A stretch of DNA of 64,000 nt from Octopus sinensis (lineage: Eukaryota), in contig NC_043004.1 in assembly GCF_006345805.1 (NCBI RefSeq), positions 89,528,001 through 89,592,000 on the forward strand, read 5' to 3'. Positions within the stretch are counted from its first letter, which is position 1; each line of letters begins with the position of its first letter. Below, piece by piece: positions 60,444 to 64,000 of this stretch. Both the position numbers and the translations under genes were made by a program. A model generated the notes under the pieces. It was not told the origin of the DNA. It made no database searches and was given only the letters and a program-made list of their open reading frames with translations.

Positions 60444-60720
60444 TGGGGTGGGTGTGTTAATAAGTGTATGGAAAACGAATATGAAAAAAAAAAGCGCGCT
60501 GATGACCCTGGAGATGAGGGGTGGGGAGGGGACTTTCGGAAAATTCACAAGATCCGATTTTTTCCTCATAACTTCAGGTAAAATTGATATATATTGATTT
60601 ACCGATTTCTTTTTATGGAACCCCACGTTTTTGGTTATGGAGGATCTGATTCGGGGAAAATTTTTTTTTCAAAAATCGCATTTTCAAAATTTCAGTACCT
60701 CCCTTCACTTTTCACTTTTT
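60444..60720. mobile_element. Repeat related to the subrepeat of the 9320-11232 foldback
   Basis: GAAAACGAATATGAAAAAAAAAAGCGCG...GGGGTGGGGAGGGGACTTTCGGAAAATTCAC resembles 9393-9461. Its ends were not resolved. Confidence 0.45.
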
Positions 60721-61699
60721 CCGGAATTGGCGATGTGTTTGCCGGTATTTCTATTGTTTACGTTTTATGATAATTAAAATTCATTGGTGATCGGCATATG
60801 GATTGTCAAATAGCTTTATATGGATATTAGGTTAAATGGTAAACATGCTGAAGATTAGATGAATATTTCAGTCATTCATTCAATAATTTCGAGATAAATA
60901 TACTTAAAGAAATGAATCTAATTAGGTTAATTACAATTATATTCCACGAAGGAAAATGATACGAAACTTGAATTGATTTCCTCAATTAATTTTTGGTGGA
61001 GTTTCGGTTCTGGACGCCCACGTGTTGGATGTTCTCCGTTTTGACAATGATTTTTTTTTTGACCACAGCCTTCGAAATGATGGGGTATCTTTTTATTTTA
61101 AAAAAATGGCAATCCTTCGGTTTAACTCGACAAAACAATAACAAGACCTTTCCAGCACACCCCACGACTACCTTCCTCGTTTTTTTTTGGCACTCTCACA
61201 TGCATTGATGTTATTTTAATACCCCCCCCCCCCATAAACACATGTCTTTTGCTGGGATATAAGCAACAAAAGTAAAGGTAGAGGTAAGGTGTAGGATCCC
61301 ACCCTTCCGTTTTTTTTGTCTCATTCAACAATTTCTTTGCATTCTGATGTTTTCGATATAGGAAATTAAGATTTGCAAAAAAGCATGTTTTCAAACCAAC
61401 CAAGCAAAGCTGTGCGTAAGAAAACATTTACTAACAGAAAAGTATGCTATTAAAATAAAGTATGTTTTATGTACCTCTTTTTTAAAATCACTGTGGATAG
61501 ATTCCAGCAACAATCTTCTCAGGTTCTCCAAAAATTTAAAATTATAAACAGAAATATCTAGTGGGGTGTGTTCATTTTCAGTCTTAAACAGTGCTTGCTT
61601 GGTATAGCATTCTTCTCTATTTGATAACCTATTTAAATGGTTTGCGATCTTTGTTCTTCGTCTCATTGAAATTCTAGAAATTAATTCTTGAAATTATGC

Positions 61700-62860
61700 A
61701 TTTTTTTGTTGGTTGAAAATTCTACTGGAATTGTATATGGTTTGCATGATTGTCATAAAGTGTTGACTTTTGTCAATAAAACTCCACCCTGAGTCCTTTC
61801 TTGCCTGTCAGTATGGAATAAAACATTCTTTGGTATCTGTGTTTTGGCAGATGCATTTATGTTAGTGTCATGCATATTGCTTGATTATGTGTAATTAGGT
61901 CTCTCAGGTATGCGATTTTAAATTGCCTGGTATGTCTTACAAGGCCTTTGGCATTTATCAGTAAAATTGTGGCATCAGAAGTGACCTCTGGTGTGGTGTT
62001 TGCAGCAGTGTCAGAAGTGGCCACTCTGTCTCTTTTGTTGTTTGTGGTGGTCTTGAGTGCTGGAGTGCACTTTGATTCTGTATTAGGTGTGGGGGGGGGG
62101 TGATCCAAAAGGGGTCTCGGAGTAGCATCTCTGCCTTCCTGAGCTAGTTTTCCACCACATTTCTTAAAAATCGTGGTAGAGGCCTTGGTCTCAAGACCAC
62201 TCATGTTTAGAAACTGAGGTTGGGGGTAAGCAAGAGCATGCTCCCCATAAAAAATCCAGCTCCATAAAAGCCTCATGATAGCAAAGGAGAATGGGCACCA
62301 GCCAGCCAGCCCAAAGGTTGGGGTGGGCTGCACCTGCCTACCTCGGTTGCTATGGCGTTGAGGTAGATCTGGCCACCCCTGTTAACAGGAACAAAACCCA
62401 GATTTAAAACACTGGATGATGATGATGATTTGATGTAAACAGGTCAGCTGTGTTACAATTCTCTGTGCCATATTTAAAAAAGACTGCTGTTTGGCTGCTG
62501 TCCATACTGCATATGTATATTGTCTTTTCTTGCAAGCAGTATGTGCATCATCAGCGTATTTCCAGGGTAGAGATAGTATGTGCTGTGACATGGTTGTGTG
62601 CCCCTGCTGATCCTCATGGAAGTTTTTATTCCATTGGTGACAGTTCTCACAGGGTTTGGCATAAGCAAATTGACAGCCTGTCTCTGTGTCATTTGCTACC
62701 ATTTATATAGGACTTACAGATTACATAGGCCTTCTTTTCCCAAGGTCTCTGTTTCTCCTAGTTCTACTTGGTGCTCACCTTGGACTATTGGCCATTGTCA
62801 GCTTGCTCACTTGCTTGTATCTGTTCTTCTATCTTTTTTTTGTTTCTTTGTGAAATTTGG
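61700..62860 (-). mobile_element. Degenerate CR1/L2-like LINE 5' part (ORF1 remnant + APE endonuclease start), interrupted
   Basis: ATILLINAKGLV...KIAYLRDLI...ICMTLT(stop), then in another frame IPKNVLFHTDRQERTQGGVLL (APE-like). An upstream Cys/His-rich decayed frame lies at 62450-62750. Confidence 0.6.
62178..62429 (+). mobile_element. (GAT)n-tailed SINE/RTE 3' fragment nested in the LINE
   Basis: Ends AACCCAGATTTAAAACACTGGATGATGATGATGAT; opposite orientation to the host LINE. Confidence 0.55.
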
Positions 62861-63451
62861 ATTTTAATATATCATTGCATTACTCATAAATAGGGGTGAG
62901 CATTTTGCATTTTAGCAGAAATTGAATAGTTAAATTTAAAGGTTCAGGTAAATGTTTATACTCTATAAATATAGAAATGTAGTAGAATTTCTAATGTTGA
63001 ATCTTTAAGTATCCTCTGTGTCTTATATAGTTTCTCTTTTTACTTCAGAATATCAGATGGCATTGGATTAAATGGACTCTTTACATCAGCTGCATCGTCA
63101 TCTATGTTTATCATCTTATAGAGACGAATGGAAGGTGTTATACAAAATAGGTATAACTCAATCTATATGTCTTTTGTAGAATAACTGTGAAATGGTTCCT
63201 CTGAGTGAAATTGTTAATAACATTTCTCTATTTCACTATTTGGAATTTGTACCAAATGTGTTTACTTTCTAACTAGACTTGGAGAAATTTTATAAAGAAG
63301 CATGCAACATCTTCAGATATGGACAAAGATCACAACTGATGGAAATATAGATGTAGAACTATTTGTAAGTACAAAAACAAGAAAATGAGCCATATCTTGT
63401 GGAGACAATAAAATTATGGAAAACTAATTTTGAAAGAAACTTAAGGAATAA

Positions 63452-64000
<549 letters not shown>

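Noticed and set aside
61391-61666. 91-aa minus-strand ORF as a possible transposase remnant
   Set aside because: No DDE or other motif is recognisable, and the element ends could not be defined.

Overview
AT-rich, repeat-dense animal genomic DNA, almost certainly a coleoid cephalopod and probably Octopus. This is inferred from the TGTGATAT[CT]TGTGGTAAA / CDICGK-HTGEKPY finger style, the (GAT)n-tailed RTE LINEs and the SINE types. The window holds a tandem, co-oriented (+ strand) cluster of six poly-C2H2 zinc-finger genes, each with one coding exon. Starts are at about 649/821, 12964, 22257, 34102, 46194 and 63479, and the last runs off the window. Copy 1 has a disabled N-terminus, and copy 5 has a 3-finger duplication with a frameshift as assembled. 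The copies share non-coding modules: a splice acceptor before the coding exon (all six), an AAACATCCGGTTCCGG + splice-donor module (copies 4-6), and a GAGAATACCGATT...CCGCC...GACAAGAGTGATT module (copies 3-6). Copies 2-5 also share an 11-finger C-terminal core and a frameshift-type terminus, and the paralogs are mosaics of near-identical and divergent fingers. The intergenic DNA holds many transposable elements: RTE, CR1/L2-like, L1/Tx1-like and Penelope retroelement fragments, SINEs, Helitron/Helentron-type elements, mariner/hAT/piggyBac MITEs, and GG-ended foldback elements (two with 8-bp TSDs) sitting in or near the 5' regions of the ZNF genes. There is also a 3.5-kb (TA)n array. Family assignments are by eye without database searches, and many repeat boundaries are approximate.
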